A DNA stretch of 64,000 bases from Pseudomonadota bacterium. Its GTDB lineage: Bacteria > Pseudomonadota > Gammaproteobacteria > Steroidobacterales > Steroidobacteraceae. Of this stretch, positions 1 to 9,339 are shown piece after piece. Both the position numbers and the translations under genes were made by a program. Every line of letters starts with the position of its first letter. Within the stretch, counting starts at the first letter, position 1. The notes under the pieces were generated by a model, which was given only the letters and a program-made list of their open reading frames with translations, searched no databases and had not been told where the DNA came from. Location of the stretch: the NCBI GenBank assembly GCA_043747835.1, contig JAYTOK010000053.1, forward strand, positions 47,809 through 111,808, in the 5' to 3' direction.

Positions 1-455
1 GGTACGAGACGAAGCGCGAGACGCCGCCGAAGTTCGACGAGATGAACAAGTTTTGCGGCATGCGGCTCATGTTCCGCAGCGAGACGCGCCAGGAGCTCGT
101 GGGCAAGCCGATGGACTACGTCACCGACTACGACCGCGTCTTCGACAAGCTGCTCGCGAAGTTCGGACGCCCAACGGGATACACGAAGCGCGGCCGCGTG
201 CTCATCGAAACGCTCGAGGGCGACTCCGGCGACGCCAGCGATCGGCGCTTCCAGATCTGGCGCTGGTGTCCGTCGCGCGACGGCAGCGGCATGCGCATCG
301 GCTGCGACGCGAGCGTCACCCTGGCGCTCGACCCGACGACCGGTGTCGGCACCGTGCTCTATTCGGCACCGCTGCTCTGGGAATTCGCGTACGCGCGCCG
401 TATGAACGGCAACAAGGACGATCGTCTCTACAAGATGCTGCACGCAAAGGAATAG
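1..455 (+). CDS. hypothetical protein, 5' end probably outside the window
   Basis: Frame phased from nt 3 is open from the window edge to TAG at 453-455. First in-frame ATG is at 42. Strong G/C third-position bias. No family recognised. Confidence 0.5.
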   Translation, partial: YETKRETPPKFDEMNKFCGMRLMFRSETRQELVGKPMDYVTDYDRVFDKLLAKFGRPTGYTKRGRVLIETLEGDSGDASDRRFQIWRWCPSRDGSGMRIGCDASVTLALDPTTGVGTVLYSAPLLWEFAYARRMNGNKDDRLYKMLHAKE

Positions 456-481
456 TCAGGCAGCTCGCTCGCGCAGCGTAG

Positions 482-1120
482 TTAGCGGGCGTACCGGAAC
501 GTGAGGTTGTAGCGGAAGGCGCCGGTCACCGGGTGCGTGCCCGGTTTTATCGGCCGCACGGCGTGATAGACGAGGCGTGACAGGCCGCCCCAGACGAGCA
601 CGTCGCCGTCGACGAGAGCGACGCTGCGACCCTTGCCGCCGCGCGTGAGGCCGTAGAACGCGAAACTCGCGGGCAGCCCCAGCGACACCGACACGATCGG
701 CTGCGCGTAGTTCTGTTCGTCCGCGTCGCGATGCGCGGTGAGGCGCGCCCCGGGCGAATAACGGTTCACGAGGCATGCGTCCGGAACGAAATCCGGAAAG
801 CCCGCAAGCGTCGCGGCGCCACGCGCCAGCGCTTCGAAGGCGGCCGGCAACGGCGGCCAGTCGCGATCGGTCAGCGGATCGCGCGAGCTGTAGCGATAGC
901 CGCTGCGATCGCTGACCCAGCCGACGGGGCCGCAATTCGTCATGGCAACCGACATCGTCTGGCCACCGGGCGTGACGAGATGGCGGAACGGCGCGCGCGC
1001 GGCGATGCGCTCGATGAGCGGCATGAGCTCGGCCGAGCGTGAGTAGCCGGGCAACAATGCGATGCCGTCGCCGAGCCGGATCGGCTCTCCCGCCGCGAAC
1101 TGCAGATCGAGCGTGCTCAC
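482..1120 (-). CDS. alkB: alpha-ketoglutarate-dependent dioxygenase AlkB (alkylated DNA repair)
   Basis: 212-aa ORF with the 2OG-Fe(II) oxygenase HxD motif (AHRDADE), a distal His (VYHAV) and the AlkB-typical C-terminal RYNLTFR. Starts 6 nt after the tamB stop. Confidence 0.85.
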   Translation of the reverse strand: MSTLDLQFAAGEPIRLGDGIALLPGYSRSAELMPLIERIAARAPFRHLVTPGGQTMSVAMTNCGPVGWVSDRSGYRYSSRDPLTDRDWPPLPAAFEALARGAATLAGFPDFVPDACLVNRYSPGARLTAHRDADEQNYAQPIVSVSLGLPASFAFYGLTRGGKGRSVALVDGDVLVWGGLSRLVYHAVRPIKPGTHPVTGAFRYNLTFRYAR

Positions 1121-1126
1121 TTCTCG

Positions 1127-4100
1127 CTACTTTTCGATCGTGAAGACGAGATCCGCGGCGCGCTCCTTGCCGGCCTCGGTCTTGACGGTCCAGTGATCGT
1201 CGAGCGTGTAGCGCATCTTGAACGTGCTGATCACTTCGGTGAGCGACACGCCGTAGCTCACGTAGAGGCGCGGCGAGAGATACTTGCCGAGCACCAGCGA
1301 CGTTTCGTTCGAGAGATCCGATTCCACGCTGATGTCGGGGATGCCGAGACGATTGCCGAGTTGCGATGCCAGGATCGCCGCCGCCTGTCCGGCCGCTTCC
1401 TGTCCGCCCGTGTTGCCCGGGCCGCGCCCCTGGTCTTGTACCGATTGAAGGCCGCCCCCCGCGAGGATCAGCGAGACGATCTGCGATTGCGGGATCGAGG
1501 GCTCGGAGAAAAAGGTGAGTCGCGGCTCGCGCAAACTACCGCGCACGTTCACGCCGGCCTTCACGTCCGGGTAGACCTTGACGGCGCGGATGTCGATGGC
1601 GGGATCCGCGAGCAGGCGGCCGTTGAAGATGAGTCGTCCGCGCTCGATGTCGAGGTTGCGCGCCAACGCGCGGTACTGACCGTCGCGAACCTGGAGTTCT
1701 CCGGTCGCGCGGGTCGGCTCGCCGGGCAAAGTCTTCTCGGTGAGGCTGCCGGTGATGTGACCCGAGAGTCCGAGGGTTTCGATGGTTACGTTGTCGCCGA
1801 GCGTCATCGTGACTTCGCTCGTGACGCGGAACGGATCCTTTGCGACCGCCTCGGTCGGTCCCACCAGCCGCTCGTCCGCGGACGGCAGCACCGCGTTCGT
1901 CAGATCGGCGGGCTGGATGCGAGCGAGCGGGATCTTCACCTCGCCCTTGACGAAGATGTCGCGTCCGGCGACGCGGAAATCGAGGTCGGGAGATGCGTCG
2001 ATGCGCGCTTCCGGTACGTCGACGACGCGCAGGTTTTCGCCGTCCAGGCGGATGTCGCCATAGGGCAGCCCTTCCCGCCACTCGAGCTTGCCGGCGCTCG
2101 CGAGCTTGCCGGCGCCGGCATTCGCGCTCGAGGTGAATTCGAGGCTGTTGGAGACGATGCGCGCCTCCAGTTCAACCGCGCGCATCGCGAGATTCAGCTG
2201 ATAGAAATCGAGCTCCGCCTTCGCGAGCTTGAGCACGCCGCTCGCGCTCGGGCGGCCGACCGTGCCGCCGAACGTGAGATTCGCATCGAAGTGGCCGGCC
2301 GCGCGGTCCACCTCCGGTAGATAGAGAGTGATGAAGCCGAGTTCGCCCGTCGCCATCTGCAGCTGCCCACGCAACGGCCACGCATTCATGTCGGCCCCCG
2401 TGCGATCCGCGCGCATGCTTCCCGCGATTCGACCGCGCTGCGCGGCATCGAGCCGCAGCTCGGACGTCATGTGGTCCGGCTCGGCGCGCATCGTCACGTA
2501 ACCCGAGCCAAATGTGATGACGTCGGTGCGGCCGCTCGCGAGCTTGTGGCGGATCGCCGCGTCGACGAGGTCCACGCGCGCGTCGCCGGTGAACGGCACG
2601 CCGTTCGTCGAGCGCGCATTCGCCTTGGCGTTCAGCGTGCCCTGGTACTCGACGTTGCGCGTGAGGCCGGCGGTCAGCGTGCTGATCGGCAGGTTGCGTG
2701 CATCCGCGTTGGCGTTCCACCCGGTGTCCGTCCAGGCCGCGTCGCCGCACAGCCGGGCTACCTTGCCATGCAGGCACATCGCCTCGATCCTGCCGCTCGA
2801 GGCGCCGGCGACCACCGCGAAGGGTGCATCGAGCTGCAGATTCAGATTCGCCGTGTCGTCGACGAACAGGTCGTCGATGACGCCGCGCCACGTCCCGTCC
2901 GTGAAGCCGCCTTTGCCCGACAAATGCAGGCTGGTCTTGCCGGCGAGCGCGTCCGCCTTGAGCGTATGGTTCGCGGTCGTGCCATCGAGATTCGCATTGA
3001 ATTGGGTCAGCGAGCGTTGATCGAGCGTCAGGCTCGAGATCGCGACGTCCGCGTGCGACGCACGCTGGCCGCGCCAGTCGACGTCGATATTGGCGGATAG
3101 TTTGTCGATCGACAGATCGCCGTGCTCGAGCCCGGAACCCTGCGCGACGAGCCGGATCACCGGCGCCGCGGACGTGCCCCCGATCTTGCCGTTGGCGTGC
3201 AGCTCTCCTTTCGCGCCTTCGGCGAGCAGCGCCAGATTGTCGGCGTCGAGGCTGAAATCGAGGGCGAGCATGTCGGTGCGCAGCGCGCCATCGATCGCGA
3301 GCCGCGTATTGCCCGCGCGGAAGCGTACGGCGTCGAACGTCCAGTCGGAGCCGCGTCGCAGGATGTGACCGCTGCCGCTCGCGGCGGTGCCGCGCAGTTT
3401 TCCGGTCAGCCTGTCTACCTTGACATCGAGCTCCGTCTCCGCCGAGAACGGAGTGCCACGCGCCGCGAGATCGAAGTCGAGCGCGCCCGTAAACCCGGGC
3501 CGCAACTCGGCCGGGTTGAAGCCTTTCACGGGTCCGGCGAGCGACCAGCCTTCATCGGGCGCCCAGCGCGCCTCTCCCGCGAGTTTCGCGCTGCCGCCAA
3601 ACGCGCCGAGCGCGAGGTCGTCGATTCGCAGGTGATCCTTGTGCAGGGCGCCGCGCATCGCGACCGTCATCGGATCGAGCTCCGGCACGTAGAGATCGCC
3701 TTTGGCCTCGAGTGAATACGGCCAGAGTCCTTCGAGGCGGTATGTGCCCTCCGGCGACGAGAACAGTTGCGGCGTCTCGGCCGTGAACCGCTGGACGAGC
3801 GGCCAGCGAACTCCGGTGAATCCGCCGTACAAAAGTAGTTTGGGCCCGTTCTCCGCGGTCTGGATCGTTCCCCGACCTTCGACGTGGCTTTTCGTCGCGC
3901 GGTGCGTGACTTCGTAGTGCGTCGTGTGCACGACCTGGTCTTCGTAATAGCCATCGAAGGCGACGTCGAACGCGCCGAACCCCAAGCCGGGGACGAGCAG
4001 CGGTCCGCGCGCGTGGAAGGCGTTCATCTCGCCGCCGATGTCGAGCGGTCCCGTGATGATGCCGAGCGCGCCGCCGGCGCCGAACGCGCGCAAATCGAAG

Positions 4101-4873
4101 TTGTGGACCTGGGCCTTGCCGGTCCAGTGAAAGTTGTTGGACAGCGAGAGCAACTCGCCCTTCATGTCCGCACGGAACGGCTCGTGCAGGACGGCGCTGA
4201 GAGGAACGTTGTCCAAGTCACCGTCGAAGTTCGCATCCGCGCGCCACTGCGGCTGTCCTTCGATCAGCATCCGCACGGTCGCATCGCCGCGCAGCTTGAT
4301 CGGATCCGCGGCGCGCACTTCGCCGAGTGCGCGCCCATGCAGAAAGCCGTAGATGATGCTGCTGTCGAAGATGCGGATCGACTTGTGGCCGACGATGCCC
4401 GCGCCGCTGACGTCGTTGAAATCCACGACCCGACCATTCGGCGCGATGATCCTGAGCAGATCCGCGTGCGCTTTCTCGGCGCCGATGCTGAGCAGCCGCG
4501 GCAGAAACCTCGACGGCGTCTTCGGCCTGTCTTTCGGCCGCGGCTTGACCTCGATCAGCACGAGATCCGCGCGCGCTTCGCGCACCGCGATGCGGCCGAC
4601 CAGCAAGGGCCAGACGTTCACGCGCGCGCTGCCTTTCTCAACGACGGTGCGCGTGAGTTCGTGATCGACATCGACACGCGCGGCACTGAAGCCGCCGGCA
4701 ATCGTGCCGCGCACATCCTCTATCTTCAGAGTGACCTTGCCCATGCGCTCGGGCAGCCGGGCTACGGCGAACCGCAGACCTGCTTCGGTGGTCAGGACCC
4801 ACGCGAGCAACGCGATGATCAGCAGCAGGAGCGAACCCAGGACGAGCGCGGTGATCTTGAGCCGGCGCTTCAT
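1127..4873 (-). CDS. tamB: translocation and assembly module subunit TamB (AsmA-like)
   Basis: Track ORF 1127..5341 trimmed to the internal ATG at 4873, where MKRRLKITALVLGSLLLLIIALLAW is an N-terminal membrane anchor. The product is 1248 aa and beta-rich. C-terminal DUF490-like end is ...YTLDDHWTVKTEAGKERAADLVFTIEK. Lies immediately downstream of tamA with a TGATG stop/start overlap. Confidence 0.85.
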   Translation of the reverse strand: MKRRLKITALVLGSLLLLIIALLAWVLTTEAGLRFAVARLPERMGKVTLKIEDVRGTIAGGFSAARVDVDHELTRTVVEKGSARVNVWPLLVGRIAVREARADLVLIEVKPRPKDRPKTPSRFLPRLLSIGAEKAHADLLRIIAPNGRVVDFNDVSGAGIVGHKSIRIFDSSIIYGFLHGRALGEVRAADPIKLRGDATVRMLIEGQPQWRADANFDGDLDNVPLSAVLHEPFRADMKGELLSLSNNFHWTGKAQVHNFDLRAFGAGGALGIITGPLDIGGEMNAFHARGPLLVPGLGFGAFDVAFDGYYEDQVVHTTHYEVTHRATKSHVEGRGTIQTAENGPKLLLYGGFTGVRWPLVQRFTAETPQLFSSPEGTYRLEGLWPYSLEAKGDLYVPELDPMTVAMRGALHKDHLRIDDLALGAFGGSAKLAGEARWAPDEGWSLAGPVKGFNPAELRPGFTGALDFDLAARGTPFSAETELDVKVDRLTGKLRGTAASGSGHILRRGSDWTFDAVRFRAGNTRLAIDGALRTDMLALDFSLDADNLALLAEGAKGELHANGKIGGTSAAPVIRLVAQGSGLEHGDLSIDKLSANIDVDWRGQRASHADVAISSLTLDQRSLTQFNANLDGTTANHTLKADALAGKTSLHLSGKGGFTDGTWRGVIDDLFVDDTANLNLQLDAPFAVVAGASSGRIEAMCLHGKVARLCGDAAWTDTGWNANADARNLPISTLTAGLTRNVEYQGTLNAKANARSTNGVPFTGDARVDLVDAAIRHKLASGRTDVITFGSGYVTMRAEPDHMTSELRLDAAQRGRIAGSMRADRTGADMNAWPLRGQLQMATGELGFITLYLPEVDRAAGHFDANLTFGGTVGRPSASGVLKLAKAELDFYQLNLAMRAVELEARIVSNSLEFTSSANAGAGKLASAGKLEWREGLPYGDIRLDGENLRVVDVPEARIDASPDLDFRVAGRDIFVKGEVKIPLARIQPADLTNAVLPSADERLVGPTEAVAKDPFRVTSEVTMTLGDNVTIETLGLSGHITGSLTEKTLPGEPTRATGELQVRDGQYRALARNLDIERGRLIFNGRLLADPAIDIRAVKVYPDVKAGVNVRGSLREPRLTFFSEPSIPQSQIVSLILAGGGLQSVQDQGRGPGNTGGQEAAGQAAAILASQLGNRLGIPDISVESDLSNETSLVLGKYLSPRLYVSYGVSLTEVISTFKMRYTLDDHWTVKTEAGKERAADLVFTIEK

Positions 4874-6732
4874 CACAACTTCGGCGAGAAGTTCAGGTGC
4901 AGGCGCGGGCTCGGTCGGTCGGTGTTGCCCGCGGGAGTGGTTAGAGCCTGCGCGACGTCGATGCCGACGGAGACGACCGGCAGCCGCAGGCGCACACCGA
5001 TGCCGACCGAATACATGAGCGGATCGCCGAAGCTGTCGAAGGCGTTGCCGGCGTCCGCGAACACGGCCACCGCGAAGTTCCTCGGCAGGTCGCGGATGAG
5101 CTCGACCGATCCGGCGAAGAGGTGTTTGCCACCGACCTTTTCGAAGGTGATGTCGCCGTCGTTGTCGAGCACCGGAGTGACTCCGTCCGCCTCGAACACC
5201 TGCTGGACGGGCGACAGGTCGTTGATGCCGAAGCCGCGCACGCTGCGGTCGCCGCCCGCGAAGAAGCGCTGCGAGGGAGCGAGCGCGCTGGTTTTCGACA
5301 ACGCGGTCGCGCCGACGTCGCCGCGGAGCAGGACGTGCCACTTGCCCGCGAAGTCGAACACACGCTCGGCTTGCACGCGCACCTGCAGGAAGTCTGAGTC
5401 CGAACCCAGCGCGTTGTGCGAACCGCGCAGCTCCGCGTAGAGCGTGCGGCTGAAGAGCGCTTCGCCGAGATAAGCCGGGGGCACGAGCGCGAAGCTGACG
5501 CCGGGGATCAGCAGTGTCTGCTTGTCCCGGCGCCCCGACGCGACGAACTCGGATTCCGTGTTCAACAACTCGACGTAGGAAACACGCTGCCAGCGCTGCT
5601 GGTCGCCAAACCAGGAGTCGGTGAGGTGCGTGAGGCTCGGCAGGAAGTTGATCGATCTATCGTCGATGTCCGCTAGGCGCGCGTGTTCGCCCTTGAGCTG
5701 CATCGTGAACTTCTCGGTCGCGGGGTCGCCGATGGGCACGATGTAACGCGCGTCCAAAGATTGTTCGAGCGCCGCGGCCTTGATCTCCGTGCGGAATCGA
5801 TGACCCCGTTCGTTGACCCGCCGGTTTTCCCAGGAAGCTGTCCCGCGGATCTCGGTGTCGGTGCCGTAGCCGACGCCATACTGGTATCGATTGCGGCGAT
5901 TCGGCTCGGCCGTGATGTTGATCGGAACGGTGAGGGTTTCGCGATCGCGTTCTCCCGGGAGAACTTCGACGGTCGAGAAGTACTGGCTGTCGTCGAGCGC
6001 GAACTGGGTGCGCAGCAGCTCCGTCGCATCGAACGACTGGTCCTGCTGGTAGCGCAGGAAGCGGCGCACGAGCGAATCCTCGATGACGTCTTGCGAGAGA
6101 GTCGTCGCGCCGAAGCGGTACTGCGGACCGGTTTCGAACGCGATCTCGATGTCCGCGGAGTAAGCGGCCGGGTCGACGCGCATCTCGCTGCGAACCATGC
6201 GTGAGTCGTGGTAACCGTAAGTCGCGGCGGTGCGCAGCAGCCGGCCCTTGAGCTCGTCGTATTGCGCGTGGTTGAGGCGCTGGCCGGTGCGGATCGACAG
6301 ATTGTTAGTGATGTCGGTGAACTTCGCATCGGTGGCGCCCGGCCCGGTGACCGTCACGTTGACTTCGTCGACGACCACGGGCTCGCCCGTCACGACGTCG
6401 ATCGTGACGAGATAGCGCGGCTCGCTGCCGGGTTCACGCCTGACCTGCGACTTGACTGCGGGCTCGTAGAAGCCGAAGGGACGCAACGCTCCGCGGACTT
6501 CGCGCTCGACGCGCTCCTGCAGGCGGTCGACGAACTCCGGGGAGAGATCTTTCGAGTTCTTGTAGCGCCCAAACGATAGATAGACGAGCACGTTTGGCAG
6601 CATCGTCTCGTCGACGCCATGGATCTCGACTTCGATGCTAGCCGTCGCCGGGGCCGCGAATTGCGCGAGACCGATCGTCAGGAGCAGGAGTGCGGGAAGG
6701 CGCGAGCGGGACTTGAACTGGGACGTCGGCAT
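4873..6732 (-). CDS. tamA: outer-membrane Omp85-family protein TamA
   Basis: 619 aa with a signal peptide (LLLLTIGLAQFAAPATA), POTRA-like N-terminal repeats and an Omp85 surface-antigen barrel. Paired with tamB. Confidence 0.85.
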   Translation of the reverse strand: MPTSQFKSRSRLPALLLLTIGLAQFAAPATASIEVEIHGVDETMLPNVLVYLSFGRYKNSKDLSPEFVDRLQERVEREVRGALRPFGFYEPAVKSQVRREPGSEPRYLVTIDVVTGEPVVVDEVNVTVTGPGATDAKFTDITNNLSIRTGQRLNHAQYDELKGRLLRTAATYGYHDSRMVRSEMRVDPAAYSADIEIAFETGPQYRFGATTLSQDVIEDSLVRRFLRYQQDQSFDATELLRTQFALDDSQYFSTVEVLPGERDRETLTVPINITAEPNRRNRYQYGVGYGTDTEIRGTASWENRRVNERGHRFRTEIKAAALEQSLDARYIVPIGDPATEKFTMQLKGEHARLADIDDRSINFLPSLTHLTDSWFGDQQRWQRVSYVELLNTESEFVASGRRDKQTLLIPGVSFALVPPAYLGEALFSRTLYAELRGSHNALGSDSDFLQVRVQAERVFDFAGKWHVLLRGDVGATALSKTSALAPSQRFFAGGDRSVRGFGINDLSPVQQVFEADGVTPVLDNDGDITFEKVGGKHLFAGSVELIRDLPRNFAVAVFADAGNAFDSFGDPLMYSVGIGVRLRLPVVSVGIDVAQALTTPAGNTDRPSPRLHLNFSPKL

Positions 6733-6813
6733 GACACCGCTTCGGGCGGAATTGACGGGATTCTAATGAGAGTCACCCGCCTGCGCGCGGGTTCCTTGGG
6801 AGTGAGAATCGCG

Positions 6814-7602
6814 TCAGGTCGCGAGCGTGTCGTTCAGGACGTGTTCAGATTCTCCGGCGGCAGCGCCATCCGCGCCGAACCTTCGCTCCGCGATGCGCAG
6901 CGAGCCGCTCGGCGAGATGGTGAGAACCGTCGAGCAGCGTGTGCCATAACCCGGATCAACGACGAAGGGCGCGGAGAGCTTCCGGGCCCAGTCAGGGGAC
7001 AGATCTCCTGCGGGCAGGCTCCCGGGAGGCGCGGTTTCCCGGTCGGCGAGCATGGCGACGAGTCCTTCGATCAGCCTGGAATTGTCCGGATCGGGCGACT
7101 CGAGCAGCGTCGTGAAGCGCTCTCGCACGCGAACCACCTTGGGCCAGGGCGTGTCGAGGAACTCATTCGACAGCGCATAGATTCCGGGTGGCAGCTCCCG
7201 CGCGAACGTGTCGGCGCGGTTGGATGCGTACCAAAGAGAGTCGCGATCGGCGAGCAACAGGTTGAAGCCGGCGTAGCCGGGCGCATCGGTCTCGAGCGTG
7301 CGCAGATAGTCGCCGGGCTGCTGTTTGCCCGCGAGGTACCGGGGAATGAGTCCGCCGCGCGACGGCGCGCTGCGACGTCTGCGGCCGAACTCCCGGAAGT
7401 TGGTCACGATTCCGCAGCGCTCGCGCGTGTCGACCGCGAACCACGCGCCGCTCGCCTGCAGGTCGCGCCCGCCGACGATGTCCGGCGCGTCCGTCCAGCG
7501 TGCGAGCGGCGCGGCGGGGCGTTCGTGGAATTCGTCTCGATTGGCCGCGACGACCAGCCGGTATCGCGGGTGGCAGCGCCACGCGAGCACTAACAAGCAC
7601 AT
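6814..7602 (-). CDS. NRDE-family protein (TANGO2/DUF833-like)
   Basis: Track ORF trimmed to MCLLVLAWRCHP... (the family starts with Met-Cys). Contains the AANRDEF motif. Starts 4 nt after the nudC stop. Confidence 0.75.
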   Translation of the reverse strand: MCLLVLAWRCHPRYRLVVAANRDEFHERPAAPLARWTDAPDIVGGRDLQASGAWFAVDTRERCGIVTNFREFGRRRRSAPSRGGLIPRYLAGKQQPGDYLRTLETDAPGYAGFNLLLADRDSLWYASNRADTFARELPPGIYALSNEFLDTPWPKVVRVRERFTTLLESPDPDNSRLIEGLVAMLADRETAPPGSLPAGDLSPDWARKLSAPFVVDPGYGTRCSTVLTISPSGSLRIAERRFGADGAAAGESEHVLNDTLAT

Positions 7603-7606
7603 GCGC

Positions 7607-8515
7607 TCAGACCACGGTCGTGTCGTGGAACCAGCCGTCGATGAGACGCGCGGAGATCGCGCCCGCCGGCGGCAAGGCCGGGTGTCCCGCGGCGATGTCG
7701 GCACGCGTGAACCAGCGCGCGTCCTCGAGTTCGCCGTCGCGCAGGCTGATCGACTCGGAGCGGGCGACTGCGCGGAATCCCAACATCAGCGACGAGGGAA
7801 ATGGCCAAGGCTGCGAGGATTCATAACGTACGTCGGCCACGTCGACACCGGTCTCCTCGGCGACTTCCCGCACGACGGCGTCCTCCAGACTCTCGCCCGG
7901 CTCGACGAAACCAGCGATCGTCGAATAGCGGCCCGCGGGCCAGGTCGCCTGCCGCCCGAGCAGCGCGCGTTCGCCCGAAGGATCGGTCACTAGCACAATG
8001 ATCGCGGGATCGAGCCGCGGAAAGGTTTCGGTGGCGCATTCCGCGCGCGAGCAGCGCATGACGTGACCGGCGCGCGTGGGCTCGTTGCGGGAACCGCAAA
8101 CGCCGCAATAGGCGTGACGGGTGCGCCAATGCGTGAGCGCGCGTGCGTACGCCAGCAGCGAAGCGGAATCCGGGGGCAGCATCGGCGCGAGCGGACGCAA
8201 CTCGGCGAACTTCGTCCCCGCGGGTAGCGGCTCGGGGTCGGAGAGGCGGTAGTCGACGAGCACGGTGCGTTGGCCGCGATACCACCCTAACAATGTGAGC
8301 ATCCCGTCGGGTGCCTGCTCGACGACGGTGTCGCCGTTGACCAGGAAAGCGATGTCCGCGGTGTCGCCCATCGTGACGAGTTGCCGCGTGTCACGCACGA
8401 GCACGTAACGCGTGCCCGGATCGCCTCGCGCAGCCGCGACCCACGCGGGATCCTCGCGCAGCTCGGCGCGTCGATCGAGGAAGGATCCGGAGAAAAGCGT
8501 GGGGCGAATGCTCAC
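7607..8515 (-). CDS. nudC: NAD(+) diphosphatase / NADH pyrophosphatase NudC
   Basis: Zinc ribbon CGVCGS...CSRAEC, Nudix box GFVEPGESLEDAVVREVAEETGV and the NudC-specific SQPWPFPSS motif. Confidence 0.9.
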   Translation of the reverse strand: MSIRPTLFSGSFLDRRAELREDPAWVAAARGDPGTRYVLVRDTRQLVTMGDTADIAFLVNGDTVVEQAPDGMLTLLGWYRGQRTVLVDYRLSDPEPLPAGTKFAELRPLAPMLPPDSASLLAYARALTHWRTRHAYCGVCGSRNEPTRAGHVMRCSRAECATETFPRLDPAIIVLVTDPSGERALLGRQATWPAGRYSTIAGFVEPGESLEDAVVREVAEETGVDVADVRYESSQPWPFPSSLMLGFRAVARSESISLRDGELEDARWFTRADIAAGHPALPPAGAISARLIDGWFHDTTVV

Positions 8516-8580
8516 GTGGGCGATTTTACCGCACCCACGCGAGCATTCGCTCGCTCAGCACCTTCTCCCGGCCGATTCCG

Positions 8581-9195
8581 TCAGCCGGGTGTTGCGGAAC
8601 GCTCCACGCGGCGAGGCTTCACCGGCGGTGCCTCCAGCGAGTCCGAGCACTCGTTGCACACTGGTGAGCGCAACATCAGCCGGTCCGTGACGAGCACACC
8701 GCGACACTCGCGGCAGTGCGCGACGCGCAGTTCGTCACCGGCGTGAAGCGCGGCCAGGAGGAACACGGCGTGCTCGAAGGAAATCCGCGGATCGCCGACC
8801 AGCGCGCGGTAGGTTTCGAACGCCTCGCACAGCAACGCGCCGCGGATCACGCCCGGCGACCCTAAGTCGTCCCGGCCCGCTGCACGGTCGAGCAGGATCG
8901 ATTGCGGCGTGATCAGTCCGAAAAGGCTGCTGACGCTCGCGAACACGGCGGCCTCGCGCCGCATGCGCAATGAGCGAGTAAAAAACGCAGCCTGGCGCGG
9001 CGATTTGCCACGGTGACGCGGCACGCCGCTGCCGTCCGCTTCATGAAGATAGGTGCGGTAGAGCTTGCGGATGCGGTCATCCGTCAGCCCCGTCCAGGCG
9101 CGAATCGTGTGAGTGCGGGCTTCGTGGTGAATGAAGCGCAGCGCGAGATCGAGCCGCAATCGGTCGCGGCTGTACCTGTCGTCCGAGATTCTCAT
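8581..9195 (-). CDS. FlhC-family zinc-ribbon transcriptional regulator (orphan, no flhD)
   Basis: Trimmed to MRISDDRYS... (AGGGA 5-6 nt upstream). By-eye alignment to FlhC: LTDDRIRKLYRTYL resembles E. coli LSRGRLIKLYKEL. C-terminal CRECRG-x13-CNEC four-Cys cluster. Confidence 0.6.
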   Translation of the reverse strand: MRISDDRYSRDRLRLDLALRFIHHEARTHTIRAWTGLTDDRIRKLYRTYLHEADGSGVPRHRGKSPRQAAFFTRSLRMRREAAVFASVSSLFGLITPQSILLDRAAGRDDLGSPGVIRGALLCEAFETYRALVGDPRISFEHAVFLLAALHAGDELRVAHCRECRGVLVTDRLMLRSPVCNECSDSLEAPPVKPRRVERSATPG

Positions 9196-9259
9196 GTTTT
9201 CCCTGCTTTCCTTGGCTGTAGGCCGCCCATTTCCAGGGCGTTCTTCCGTGGTTCGGAAT

Positions 9260-9286
9260 TGGGAAAAATTTCCCAAATTTGCAAAT
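9260..9286. promoter_or_regulatory. two adjacent palindromes (TGGGAAA-aa-TTTCCCA and ATTTGCAAAT) in an AT-rich divergent intergenic region
   Basis: Read directly: 9260-9275 is a 7-2-7 inverted repeat and 9277-9286 is a perfect 10-nt palindrome. They lie between the FlhC-like gene and the divergent gene at 9340. Confidence 0.35.
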
Positions 9287-9339
9287 GACTTTCAAGACCC
9301 CCCAGCGCAAGATATCTCGCGCAAACAGGGAGGAATGCA

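Noticed and set aside
4874-5341. N-terminal 156-codon extension of the tamB ORF in the track
   Set aside because: The extension overlaps tamA out of frame and is Arg-rich. The internal ATG at 4873 gives a proper membrane anchor and a stop/start overlap with tamA.
3884-5440. 518-aa plus-strand ORF spanning the tamA/tamB junction, and the similar 1193..2320 ORF
   Set aside because: Both are antisense to tamB/tamA. No motifs are present, and the real genes are well supported.
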